From Bugula neritina (lineage: Eukaryota; Animalia; Bryozoa): 64,000 nucleotides of DNA. This document shows, piece after piece, positions 53,554-63,959 of this stretch. Location of the stretch: contig OZ037768.1 of NCBI GenBank assembly GCA_964035545.1, forward strand, positions 19,637,700 to 19,701,699, given 5' to 3'. Positions within the stretch are counted from its first letter, which is position 1; each line of letters starts with the position of its first letter. The notes below the pieces were generated by a model. The model was not told the DNA's origin. It was given only the letters and a program-made list of their open reading frames with translations, and ran no database searches. A program made the translations under genes and the position numbers.

Positions 53554-54240
53554 ACTTATTTCCTGCTGTTCCAACTAAAAGAAAGGGTTCTATATAGTAA
53601 ACTGCCATTTAGTCTTTGCCCATTACTAATAAATGAGAAGAATGACATTCAATTATAGTGTAGAATATTTTCAGTGTAGTCCAGAGTGAACTGCAAGTTG
53701 TAACTATACAATAGTATCATCAGTTAGGCCATGGTTGAAGCTCAGCGGGTAAAACTGAATACTAGTTTATGGAAAATACAGGACATTTTTAGAAAACATA
53801 CAGTTGGTAAAGGGCCATACTACTGGATTTTATATTTAGCTTCTAAAATCATTTTATAGTAAATGCTGTTCAGTATCATTATTGTATTGATTGTAAAATT
53901 TTGCTAAAAATTTAAATGAGCTTAATGTTGTGGGATATAGTTATGTTAATTTATAGTATTTATATATTTTGACTAATAGTATGAAAATATATTATTTAAA
54001 AAATGAACTATCCACTAATTATTAGGAACAGTAAATTAAAACTATGCAATACCACATGTATAATATATTTAATTTAACTGAAGCTGCTTTAAATACAATG
54101 CATAAAATTATAAAATACCTAAAATGGCAGCATGAAGTAAAACATATTTAAAAAGTAAACTTCTCAAAATGATGATAAGTTCCCTAACAGTAATAAAATA
54201 TTAAATTGCCTACAAACAAACTACCAGAGGATTTATAATG

Positions 54241-57057
54241 TTAACAGTCTCTGGCCAGCTGGTAATCGTCAATTAAAGGAGTTAATTGGTCTCTCAGTTC
54301 TTTAGTACAGCATACCATAAGCTTCCTGCTACATAAGTCCATCTTGCCACCTGTAATACATACAGTGTGTATCACCAGTCCAATAGTTTATCATTTTCAC
54401 TTTGCATTTATATTTCCACAACTAAAATTATCCTCATGAGTAAAACAGTCACCCTTTCACAAGCATGTCAAATAAACTCGAGAAAGTTTGTAGTCACTAT
54501 CCCTGTAAGAACCCCAAGTGGAGAGGGTTTTTTTTGTTAAATCGGGCCAAGGAATTATTAAGATGAGACACAGGAGCAATTATGACTGGATGCTCTTCCT
54601 AACATCACTAATGGCCTTTAACACCTAGACCACGGCTGCTCCCTAAACATGCATGTCAAGTATATCACATTAATTAGTTTGCAAGTTACCATTAGGAGCA
54701 GAGCACACAGCGCCTGCCTCTAATGCTATCAGATGTGCTGCTGCAAAGTCCCAGATGTGAGGCCCGAACTCATAGTAGGCATCAGCTGTTCCCATGGCAA
54801 CCTGAATGATGTTCAGTGTGGCACAGCCAAGGCTTCTAATCCTGCAAACAATTACATTCAAATAATGTTAGTCTAACAGCTCAAACTAATGAGCCTTTGT
54901 AATATTTCTTAGGAGTTGTCCTCCTTTTTTATGAATAAGTGTACAAGAGATAAATTGGCATATTTATTAATACTGAAACACTAATTTAGGCAACCATATC
55001 ATATAGTTGTTTAAATAGCTTTATGTCATAGTCTATATGACATAATTTAATCTGATTAGTTGTAAAATAAAGTTGCGAAAGAAACCCAAGTTTGAAAATC
55101 TTGAGCCACAGTAAAAAAATTTCTTTGACACTATCAACTATTTGCGGTTGTCTATACAACTAAACTAAAGATGAAGCATTTTAAATTTTAAAAAGTTTCT
55201 GTCATTACATTGAAAATACTTTCTATTTATACAGTAATTGATTTTCAAAAACAAATTTCAACAATTTTTTGGGAATAATAATTTATGGAATTTGTCTAAA
55301 TTAGAAAATTAGCTTCACATAAGATACTAAATATTTCTACATTTTATTTCAAAAATACAAATAGTATTACTCTACTTGTTCACATACCCATGACATTTCT
55401 CCACAATTTTAGCCATGGTGTCAATTTTAAACTTCAAGAAATTGGGCTCTCTCTGGGAACCGTACTCGGTGGCGACTAGTGCTTCCTGTAACTCTGCATA
55501 GAAATGAACATATACAGCACACGCTATAGTCAGAATATTCCTTATGCTGAGTAATAAATGTAGTACGAATCAAAGTTTAGTTTTGGATGAAAGACACACC
55601 AAACAGCTAGGAAAGCAAGGCACTTGACACAGCATTCAGCTTCTCTTTACCAAGACAGAGGAGCAGATATTTCATGAGTGGTAAAGAAATGCAGGGCGAG
55701 ACACAAAGCTTACAAAAGGCTTTATGCTAGAATTGAAACTCGCAGCCCCATATCGTCTAAACAGTGTTACTCAGGTTTAACAATATTATCAATTACTATA
55801 TTCCAAGTTGAAATGATAACCACATCTAATTCTCAGTACAAGAGGGATAAGACTGGGTTTTTAACATACAATTTTAAATAAATTATTTGAACTAAACCAC
55901 TCAAAATACGACTTAATTTTTCACAATAGATAAAACGGAAATACTGAATCACACACCTGTGGTTGGTGAGCATTTCATGAGTCGACCATTACAGAATGCC
56001 CCCTTCCCTTTGACAGCCGAATACATCTTATCGTTGGGTATATCATAGACTATACCAAACACTGGCTCTTGGAGATGGAAGAAGCCGACAGATATTGCAA
56101 ATGCAGGAAACCTAAAATTGTGAAAGAAACCTCTCAAAACAATCAGCTCCCACATGAAATCTGTTGCGGCAGCAGTGCATAAAGAAGTAGAATGAAATTT
56201 ATGTTGAACTTTTCTATTAAAACATACCCGTGGACAAAGTTAGTTGTGCCATCTATAGGGTCAATTATCCAGGTGGGTTCATCAGTAAAAGCAGCACTAT
56301 TACCATCAGCTGACATTTCTTCAGCTATAAATCTAAAATATGACATAATAGTGTCAGACTACTTGAGAATACCAAATTTGACCTTCAATCAAAGATGAGT
56401 CATAAAGCAGCATACTTGTGGTTAGCAAACTTCTCAGATATGGCTGACATAAGCATCTTCTCCACCTTCTGGTCGTACTCTGTGACCAGGTCGGCGTAAC
56501 ACTCTTTGCTCTCAGAGGCTTGGCTTTGAGACCTAGTCGCTGATCTCACATACTAGAAAATGAAATAAACATATCCCTGGCTTGTACCAAACAACTGGGA
56601 CAAAAAATTGTTTTTATCAACTTGTAAACTAAGCAAAAAAAAAATATATTATTCTCTATTAAAGTCGTTTTCACCGACCAATATGCTTAAAAGATGCCAA
56701 TGCTTATGATTGAAGAAGAATAAAGGCTCTCAACTTTGACTTCATCAGGCTATTTATTTATAACACTGTATATTTACATGGAATGCATGGTTTTACTATT
56801 TTTACTTGCATGAAATTTTTGCCAAAACAAAATCATTTCAAGGAAAAACGCAGGGAATCTAACAGAAGCGTGCATATTTAGTGACAAGACAGAACCTCTA
56901 GATAATAACTACTTGAAACCTCTTCAAGGAATCTCGGTTTAGCTGCAATTAGCTTCAAACAACTCCACGATTTCCAGCAGTTTCACATGTAACTCACCTG
57001 CCCGGCAGAAATAACTATTTCTGTAGCCAGCAAAAACTCCTCTTTAAATGGGTCCAT
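54241..57057 (-). CDS. IMPA1: Inositol monophosphatase (IMPA1/2 family), 274 aa
   Basis: Minus exons 57057-56998, 56552-56416, 56332-56228, 56111-55957, 55493-55388, 54841-54690, 54350-54241. Motifs [54 protein letters not shown]. Confidence 0.93.
54484..54643 (-). mobile_element. tRNA-derived SINE copy with an internally deleted head, in the last IMPA intron
   Basis: Reverse complement carries GTGATGTTAGGAAGAGCATCCAGTCATAATTGCTCCTGTG and GGGGTTCTTACAGGGATAGTGACTACAAAC. Confidence 0.8.
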
Positions 57058-58085
57058 ATTTGTCAGCTGCAAGAAAAGTAACACTGTGTGTATAAATGCT
57101 TCTTGTGACAGCATCATTCAACCGTGGCTAAAGAGAATGGTAATGGAAATAAAAGCAGCAAAATTGGAATACAAAGTGTGTTTTGCAGTTGACCAATGGT
57201 TAAAGCTAATAATAGGCATGAAATTAATTATTACTTGCTACCACTTTTCAACTCCAAGACCTTCTGTAAAATTGCTTTGAAAGAAGCAGACTTTAAAAAA
57301 AGAATCTATTTGGAGAAGGTGAAGAGCTAAGCAAATTTACCAAAACTGCTTTCAAGATCATGGCCGAATAAAACTTTCAAGTTAAAGATCTTTTTAGATG
57401 ACAATTCAATAAAAGATTGCTATCACAGAGAGCTCGACAAAAATAGAGCACAAAAAACAATGCTTTTGACAATCAACACTCTCAAATCATTATTGTATCA
57501 CGAAAGCATAAATACCAATTTCAAATGCTCATTTACAAGTTTGATTTCAAGAAATTTATGTAATTTTTTCATCACCTGCTTATTGTAATAACTCATTATT
57601 CCTGTATCACTGCACATGAAAAACAACCAGCTTACAGCATCAAACTGAAAACTTATTCCAAAAAATATAAAGAGGTTGTTAATCACTGCGCCGACAAAAA
57701 ATTCAATTAAAACAGCTAAAAGGCCGCAGTTATCTACCACTGCCCACTGCCAATAGATAACTGCACCCCATGCCTATTTTACACAGACCGCAAAGAGAAT
57801 TATTTGAGAAGCAAATGTTTGTTTCCATAGAAGTTAAAAAGATAGTAATGAATAATAATATAAAATATCATAAAAAACTTCCACCAGCTGAGCTTTATGG
57901 ATTAATTCACTTCGACTTATTATAGATATGTTTGAGCATATATTCGAATTGCCAAATAAAGAAGACCAAAACAATTAGATTCTTGAAAGTACAAAATTTA
58001 TTTAATTTAAAATTACACTTAGCAATTACAGCTTTCAAAAGAAAATACAATAATTGAATGCTTCTACACTACTATTCACAAATCT

Positions 58086-58192
58086 TTAGTCATGAGGTAG
58101 TGGAAAATCACCAAGTAAAGGGATGATCTGATCTCTCAACTTATCAGTAGAACACACGAGTAACTTTCTGCTCAACAGATTCATTGGCTGAC
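58086..58192 (-). CDS. Terminal exon of a second, tandem inositol monophosphatase paralog
   Basis: Acceptor GTTTTAG, same phase as IMPA exon 7; GQPMNLLSRKLLVCSTDKLRDQIIPLLGDFPLPHD* versus [36 protein letters not shown] (19/35 identical); minus-strand AATAAA at 57997-58002. Confidence 0.85.
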
Positions 58193-58231
58193 CTAAAACA
58201 GCGGCAGTAACCTGCAAAGTGATGTAAGTAG

Positions 58232-58675
58232 TATATGTGGAGCATTTGGGACCCCATCCCTGTGTTATATTCCCCATTACTCACACCGAGAAATCATTTT
58301 ACTCACGGCTGGGGTAATTAATTATACATTAATTTTTTTATTTTTTTACTCATGCAAAATTATATGTAGAAAACTTGGGACCCCATCCCTGTGTTATATT
58401 CCCCATTACTCACACCGAGAAATAATTTTACTCACGGCTGGGGTAAATAATTATACATTAATTTTTTCTTTGTTTTTTTTACTCATGCAAAATTATATGT
58501 AGAAAACTTGGGACCCCATCCCTGTGTTATATTCCCCATTACTCACACCGAGAATTCATTTTACTCACGGCTGGGGTAATTAATTATACATTAATTTTTT
58601 CTTTGTGTTTTTACTCATGCAAAATTATATGTGGAGCATTTGGGACCCCATTTTTGTGTTATATCCCAATTACTC
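58232..58675. repeat. About 130-bp tandem repeat (3 copies plus a partial), probable part of the terminal inverted repeat
   Basis: GGGACCCC anchors at 58248, 58377, 58510, 58642 (periods 129, 133, 132). Confidence 0.95.
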
Positions 58676-58710
58676 TAAAACAGATGAACAGTTACTTTAC
58701 TCTGTGTTAA

Positions 58711-58718
58711 TATAAAAG
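58711..58718 (+). promoter_or_regulatory. TATA box (TATAAAAG) upstream of the first element ORF
   Basis: Canonical octamer between the terminal repeats and ATG 58822; AT-rich context lowers specificity. Confidence 0.5.
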
Positions 58719-58821
58719 TGAATATGAACTAAATAAAAGTTGTGATATTTGAAATTATTTTTATTATTGTGGTAGATGTGAAAACAAGCACATATACTCA
58801 AGTCCATACCGTGCTAGCAAA

Positions 58822-59292
58822 ATGACTAGATTTGTTCATTCATCTATAGTTCATGATTTTGTATGGTCTACGTTGTCAGAGAATTGCTTGTGCTGCTCTC
58901 CTTTTTTTGTGGAAACAAAGCATGTGAAGCATTTTAAGAAAAAATATAAAATGTTAACCATAAACGAAGTTAAATTGTGTAAAAATCTTGGAAACATTTT
59001 GATATCATGTCCAAATTTTCCTCAAAACATCAACACATTTATTAAATATATGCTCAGCATTTCAAATGTTTCAAGAGAAGACAAGTATTTTAAAATAATG
59101 TGCATCATTGTTCAGTTATCAGATTCATTGCTTGTTCAGCATGATATAAAGAAAATTGAAACTTTGATTGAGATATGTCAGCAACATATTGATAGTTCAT
59201 GTAAGAGCAAGTATTTGTTTATTTTACATTTGCTTGGAATATTAATGATGATAATATGTTTGTACATTACGTATAAACAGATATCTCATTAG
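58822..59292 (+). CDS. Element ORF1, 156 aa, C-terminal transmembrane anchor; possible Bcl-2-like fold
   Basis: AAAATG start context; hydrophobic tail YLFILHLLGILMMIICLYITY followed by KQISH; BH4-like IVHDFVWSTLS. Confidence 0.6.
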   Translation: MTRFVHSSIVHDFVWSTLSENCLCCSPFFVETKHVKHFKKKYKMLTINEVKLCKNLGNILISCPNFPQNINTFIKYMLSISNVSREDKYFKIMCIIVQLSDSLLVQHDIKKIETLIEICQQHIDSSCKSKYLFILHLLGILMMIICLYITYKQISH

Positions 59293-60068
59293 GTAAGCTA
59301 TATGTAAAAGCTTTATTCACATTATTTTTTTGACAAACAATGATCATATACATTCGAAATATTATATTATACTAAATGCATTGAATAATATTCAAAGTAT
59401 GGTGATATATAATTGGATTGCAAAGTGAAAGTATTCGTTGGTATAAGATAGGTTTTGTAATTTTGTAATAAATATTTTGAACATTTGTTTGTAAAGAAGT
59501 ATTCAACTAGACATATAGTGCAAATAATTGGAGTCTTGTGAAAGTGTTGTTATTAATTATTATTATTATTATTGGTTGTATCACAGCTTTTTAGCTGGTG
59601 TAACCTTTTATAACCACAACCTAGTTTCACTAGGTCGATGGTATGATTATTATTATTATTATTATGATTGTTATTGTTTGAAGTTACATAATGCATATTA
59701 TAATAATATTATGCATGCATTGTGAAAACTTTCTTTTGCAGAACCCTATAGTAGCTTGTCCATGCATGGATGTGTTTGAATAATTTGAGTATTTACATGC
59801 TTTTATATATTTCTTCTAAGATGATTAATTAAAATGAAGACAGGAAATATTTCAAGTGTTAACTTTGCCTTCCACAAAATTCCTTCATTATAGACAATCA
59901 TGAGCTTTTTATAACCAATGAAACCAAAGCTTTTTCAACCATGAATTCAAGAGTTAACTACATTATTTTGCTAAATCATTCAAGCTTATTAGTTCATTTG
60001 TCATTCTTGTTTTGCAGAAAAGGAGTTTTGTGACAGTTGTTGTAATTATTGGATACCACAGTTTACTA

Positions 60069-60506
60069 ATGGACAAATTATTACAGAATGATATTCCATC
60101 GTCAACATTTCATAAAGCAATTTACAATAAAGTGCTACTTTACCAGATATGCAATCAAATATGGATTGAAACCAAAAAGCTTGCTTATCATTCATGTGAA
60201 GCTTGTCTTAACCCAAACAGAATATTTGCTCATACATGCTTACACATATGGAATGAAACTCAGCTTTTAGACAATGGTTGGGCAAAAAACTTTACTGAAA
60301 AGTATTTCAAGGATGCATTAAATAATGTTTCTTGGAAGAAAATACAATTGTATATGGAAAGGTATAATCATTTAAATAGAGACAATAGGAAATGTAACAA
60401 AATGTTTTGGATAACAAGAAGTCGAAGATTGTTTCTACAAAAAACACTATTATCCTCTCTTAATAATATTGTCAAGGAAGAAGAACAATTTTATATACAA
60501 GTATAA
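60069..60506 (+). CDS. Element ORF2, 145 aa, CxxC-x8-HxC putative zinc-binding protein
   Basis: ATG 60069 after a strong acceptor (TTCTTGTTTTGCAG, 60017); motif CEACLNPNRIFAHTC. Confidence 0.6.
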   Translation: MDKLLQNDIPSSTFHKAIYNKVLLYQICNQIWIETKKLAYHSCEACLNPNRIFAHTCLHIWNETQLLDNGWAKNFTEKYFKDALNNVSWKKIQLYMERYNHLNRDNRKCNKMFWITRSRRLFLQKTLLSSLNNIVKEEEQFYIQV

Positions 60507-60716
60507 TAATTTGTTTAAAGGCAATGCATACATTTAAAAATTATTATTTACTTTTATACTCTAGTATTTACGTTTCTCATTCTATCACTGTGAATAACAT
60601 AATAAAATAGAATGTTGATGTGAGTTGACAAAGTATGTTTTATAATTTCATCTTCAATTTTCATAAAAATTAAAGGTTTTGATTTTTTGGATTCATTTGA
60701 ATATAGCATACCAACC

Positions 60717-60926
60717 ATGCAACATCTCAGCTTGATGGAACAAATTTTCCGTCATCAAAAATCATTGCTAGCTATAATTTTTTGCTTAGCGACAGCTCTA
60801 ATTACTCTAACTGTTTATAACTCAGTTTCTGAAGAAAGTAAAGCAGTTGAATCAATTAAAAATTTACAAAAAATATTATTCTCAACCGATAATAGTACAT
60901 TACTTGAAAGAAATTCTACAATATAA
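60717..60926 (+). CDS. Element ORF3, 69 aa single-pass membrane protein
   Basis: CAACCATG start context; TM segment LLAIIFCLATALITLTVY; stop 4 nt before the ATPase ATG. Confidence 0.6.
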   Translation: MQHLSLMEQIFRHQKSLLAIIFCLATALITLTVYNSVSEESKAVESIKNLQKILFSTDNSTLLERNSTI

Positions 60927-60930
60927 ATAA

Positions 60931-62056
60931 ATGGAGAATAAAGAAATAGACATTTCCCTTCATTCGCCATTCACAGGAATTATTAACGGTAAACATTAAT
61001 TACTAAACCAACTCACTTCCTAGCAATTTCCCCATTATTTTTTGTCAAGTCATGGATGGAATAAATTGATTAGATTGATTTAATTACAAATGCTTCCTAT
61101 ATAATTGGTTTAAGCGGATTAAAACCGTCTTAAGAAAATTAAATCTAAAATGATGAAGTATAAATGTTGCTAATGTATTATAAAATTGTGGTATTACAAA
61201 AATTAAAATAGATTCACAGGAGATTGATAAACTAAAAGTGTAAATGGAATTAGCTTTTACTAGGATTATTTTTTGATTGCGTGTCAATAAAGCGGAAAAG
61301 AAAAATAAAGCGGACACAAATAATGATTTATCGCAGTCAAGTCTTATACAGAATGTAGTTAAGCTTTATTTTGCAATTACCTAAAGTTTGTATAAACAAT
61401 TTTTAGCTCAACTATTTTATTCAACTGCAGTAAAGTGAAATGAAACCAAGTTGGAAAACATAATTGTTGATACAGGTCCTACTGGATCCGGAAAAAGTGT
61501 TCTGATGAAAAAGATTTTGGAAAACAGCAACAGTCTTATATTCCCAAATGTTGAAGAATGCATTATTAATTACAGTGTTTGGCAGACATTGTACGAACAA
61601 ATTCAAGTTCCATTTCCAATTAAATTTTTAGAAGGAATTACAAATGTTGAAGATATTCCAAGAGACAATAAGCATAGGCTAATTATTATTGACGATTTGA
61701 TGAATACTTTATCTGAGTCACAAGAAGTGTGTGACCTGTATACAAAATATTCTCACCATTTGAATATTAGTGTAATTATATTAGTTCAAAATCTGTTTGA
61801 AAAAGGCAAGTATTTTCGAACAATAAGTTTAAACACTCATTATTTATGGTTGCTAAAGTCTGTTAGAGATACATCAATTATATCTACATTAGGAAGACAA
61901 ATGATGAACTCAAAGTTTTTATCTAAATGCTACAAAGATGCAGTTAGCAAAAAATTTGGTCACCTATTTATTGACATGAAAGCCTCATCAGATGATAAAT
62001 ATAGAGTAAGATCCAATACATTTGATGAAGAAGTTGTGGTATATGTTGATCAGTAG
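60931..62056 (+). CDS. Polinton/Maverick-type DNA packaging ATPase (FtsK/A32-like), two exons, 212 aa
   Basis: Exons 60931-60988 and 61476-62056 give MENKEIDISLHSPFTGIINGPTGSGKS (Walker A), LIIIDD (Walker B), YSHHLNISVIILVQ, RTISLNTHYLWLLKSVRD, FGHLFID, RVRSN, the motif series of Polinton/adintovirus ATPases. Confidence 0.9.
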
Positions 62057-62772
62057 CTCAATAGATCATGACTTTTATTATTATAATTCTGTTTTTATCA
62101 ATATTGCCATTTATTCTGCAAAGTTTTGCAATATTTTTTAAATAATGTAATGCAAAAATTTTTAAAATTTCCAATTTTGTTAAAAGAATGAAAAAAACTT
62201 ATGTTGCAAATGTATTTTAGGATTGATTTCAAATATGTATTGTGAGTAGAGTTTAGAAAGCTAATCAAAAATTTTTAGTTATCTTAAGATATGGAAGTAA
62301 AGGGTGCATCATAATAATATACTGAAAAATAAATTTTTTTATTCAATTTGAAGTGAGTCTCTTGAAGGATAACTTAAGTTTAAAGTAACAGTCATGGGTT
62401 AAATTTTCTTAGAAAAATTGTTCAACCTCTTAAGTTACTCATTGGCTAGCTGAAAACCAAAAAGCAATCGGATTGAATAGTTATTTTTAGTAGGAGGAGA
62501 ATGAGTTAAGCATGATTAATTGAAATTTTTTGTATAAAATATCTATCTTTTCGATGTTTCACCATTATCAGTTTGTGATATCAATTAAAAATCTGCCTCA
62601 AGTCAAAAGAAAATAAAATGTAAGTAATATTTCATATATAAATAATAAACAAAATTTTATGTGAAAATTAAATGAAATTATTAAAAAAAAATTTTCTTTG
62701 TACGTAGCATCAAAAAATTATAAAGTTTGTGTTTAGATTTTAAATTAATGATTTTTAGAATATATAAAAAAT

Positions 62773-62907
62773 ATGAGTGTTTTGGATGATGGACTGGTTA
62801 AGTGTGGATATTGTGGAAATATTTGGGATGGCTGTGCACAGTGTGACTGCTATAACATTTTTCCAGAGATATATAATCATGTTGAAGAATCGAATCAAGT
62901 ATGTTGA
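62773..62907 (+). CDS. Element small ORF or exon, 44 aa, CxxC-x9-CxC zinc-ribbon-like motif (not in the ORF track)
   Basis: MSVLDDGLVKCGYCGNIWDGCAQCDCYNIFPEIYNHVEESNQVC*; acceptor at 62758; internal phase-0 donor GTATGT at 62899. Confidence 0.55.
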   Translation: MSVLDDGLVKCGYCGNIWDGCAQCDCYNIFPEIYNHVEESNQVC

Positions 62908-63271
62908 CAAATATTATGTTTCTAGGTGCACCTAAATATTTAGTGAAACTTGATTATGTTATTTTGGAGTTACCCTTTCATGAATGTGTTAGTACTTGTT
63001 TTGTGGATATGCGGAGCTTGTCCACAAAACATAATGAATTATTCAAGCAGTAATGCAGTCATGAAGGGGCAACTCTAAAATACAATAGCATCACAATATT
63101 ATTAGCTATATATAAATATATATATTTTTTTGATTTTATAATTTTTTACTTCTTGAAATATTTTAGAAAAGTTTTTTTCTGTAAGTTTATTTTGTGTTTG
63201 ATAATTTCAAACCACTTTAACTTAATTATGTTTGTGCAAATATGCTTTTAATAAGTAATGTTTTTTTGTAG

Positions 63272-63424
63272 ATGCCTCCAAAATCTCAACTTAAAAAACT
63301 TGTGAAAACCTTTATCAATGATGAAGCAATTGAGGTGAATGATGGAGAATATGAGGAAGAAATGTCATCTCAACTTGCACCAAAAAAATGTAAAGGAAAA
63401 GGAAAAGGCAGACCAACTACAAAG
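63272..63424 (+). CDS. Element ORF or exon, acidic patch plus basic NLS-like tail; probably continues beyond the window
   Basis: Acceptor TTTTTTTGTAG directly before ATG; MPPKSQLKKLVKTFINDEAIEVNDGEYEEE..PKKCKGKGKGRPTTK; donor AAG/GTGGGT at 63425. Confidence 0.55.
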
Positions 63425-63436
63425 GTGGGTGTTAAC

Positions 63437-63959
63437 CAGGGTTGGGGTAATTGTAATTTGTAATTGTAATTGGTTGTAATTATTTACATTTTTTCAAGTA
63501 ATTGAATGTAATTTGTAATTGATGTATAAAAATGTAATTGTAATTAATTACATATTTAATGTAATTGATTTTTACAATTACTTTATAATTACATGTCAAT
63601 TACTTCAAACTTTGAAATCCTAAAAGTTTCATACTTTTCCTACCATGCCTACTGTTAAATAACAAATTCAGATTAATTGTCAATGTGGTATAGTATTACT
63701 GTTGAGTACAAAGGAGGTTCAGCACTGTCAAAATTACCCCTGCTAGTTGGACCCTAGAAGTGAAATTGCATAACTTCTATTTATCTCTTGCTAGAACAAA
63801 AGTAATTGTAATTGTGATTAATTACATTGCCATGTAATTGTAATTGTAATTAATTACATTACTATTTGACTGTAATTATAATTGTAATTGTAATTGACAA
63901 ATTATCATGTAATTGTAATTGTAATTAATTACATTCACATGTAATTGACCCCAACCCTG
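63437..63959. mobile_element. hAT-type MITE (523 bp) nested in the Maverick
   Basis: 12-bp perfect TIR CAGGGTTGGGGT/ACCCCAACCCTG; perfect 8-bp TSD GTGTTAAC (63429-63436 and 63960-63967); dense subterminal TGTAAT/ATTACA repeats. Confidence 0.92.

Noticed and set aside
58193-58277. N-terminal part of minus-strand ORF 58086-58277
   Set aside because: Runs through intron sequence and the element terminus; only 58086-58192 is IMPA-like. The alternative acceptor at 58212 is out of frame.
58232-58675. CRISPR-like array
   Set aside because: Whole units are near-identical with no unique spacers, no cas genes, eukaryotic context.
59528-59725. Tyr-rich 65-aa ORF in the element
   Set aside because: TTG start; content comes from (TAT)n microsatellites in a probable intron.
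61451-61475. TTG start (MENIIVDT) for the ATPase in the ORF track
   Set aside because: Better explained as the intron 3' end; the ATG exon at 60931 supplies the conserved N-terminal strand.
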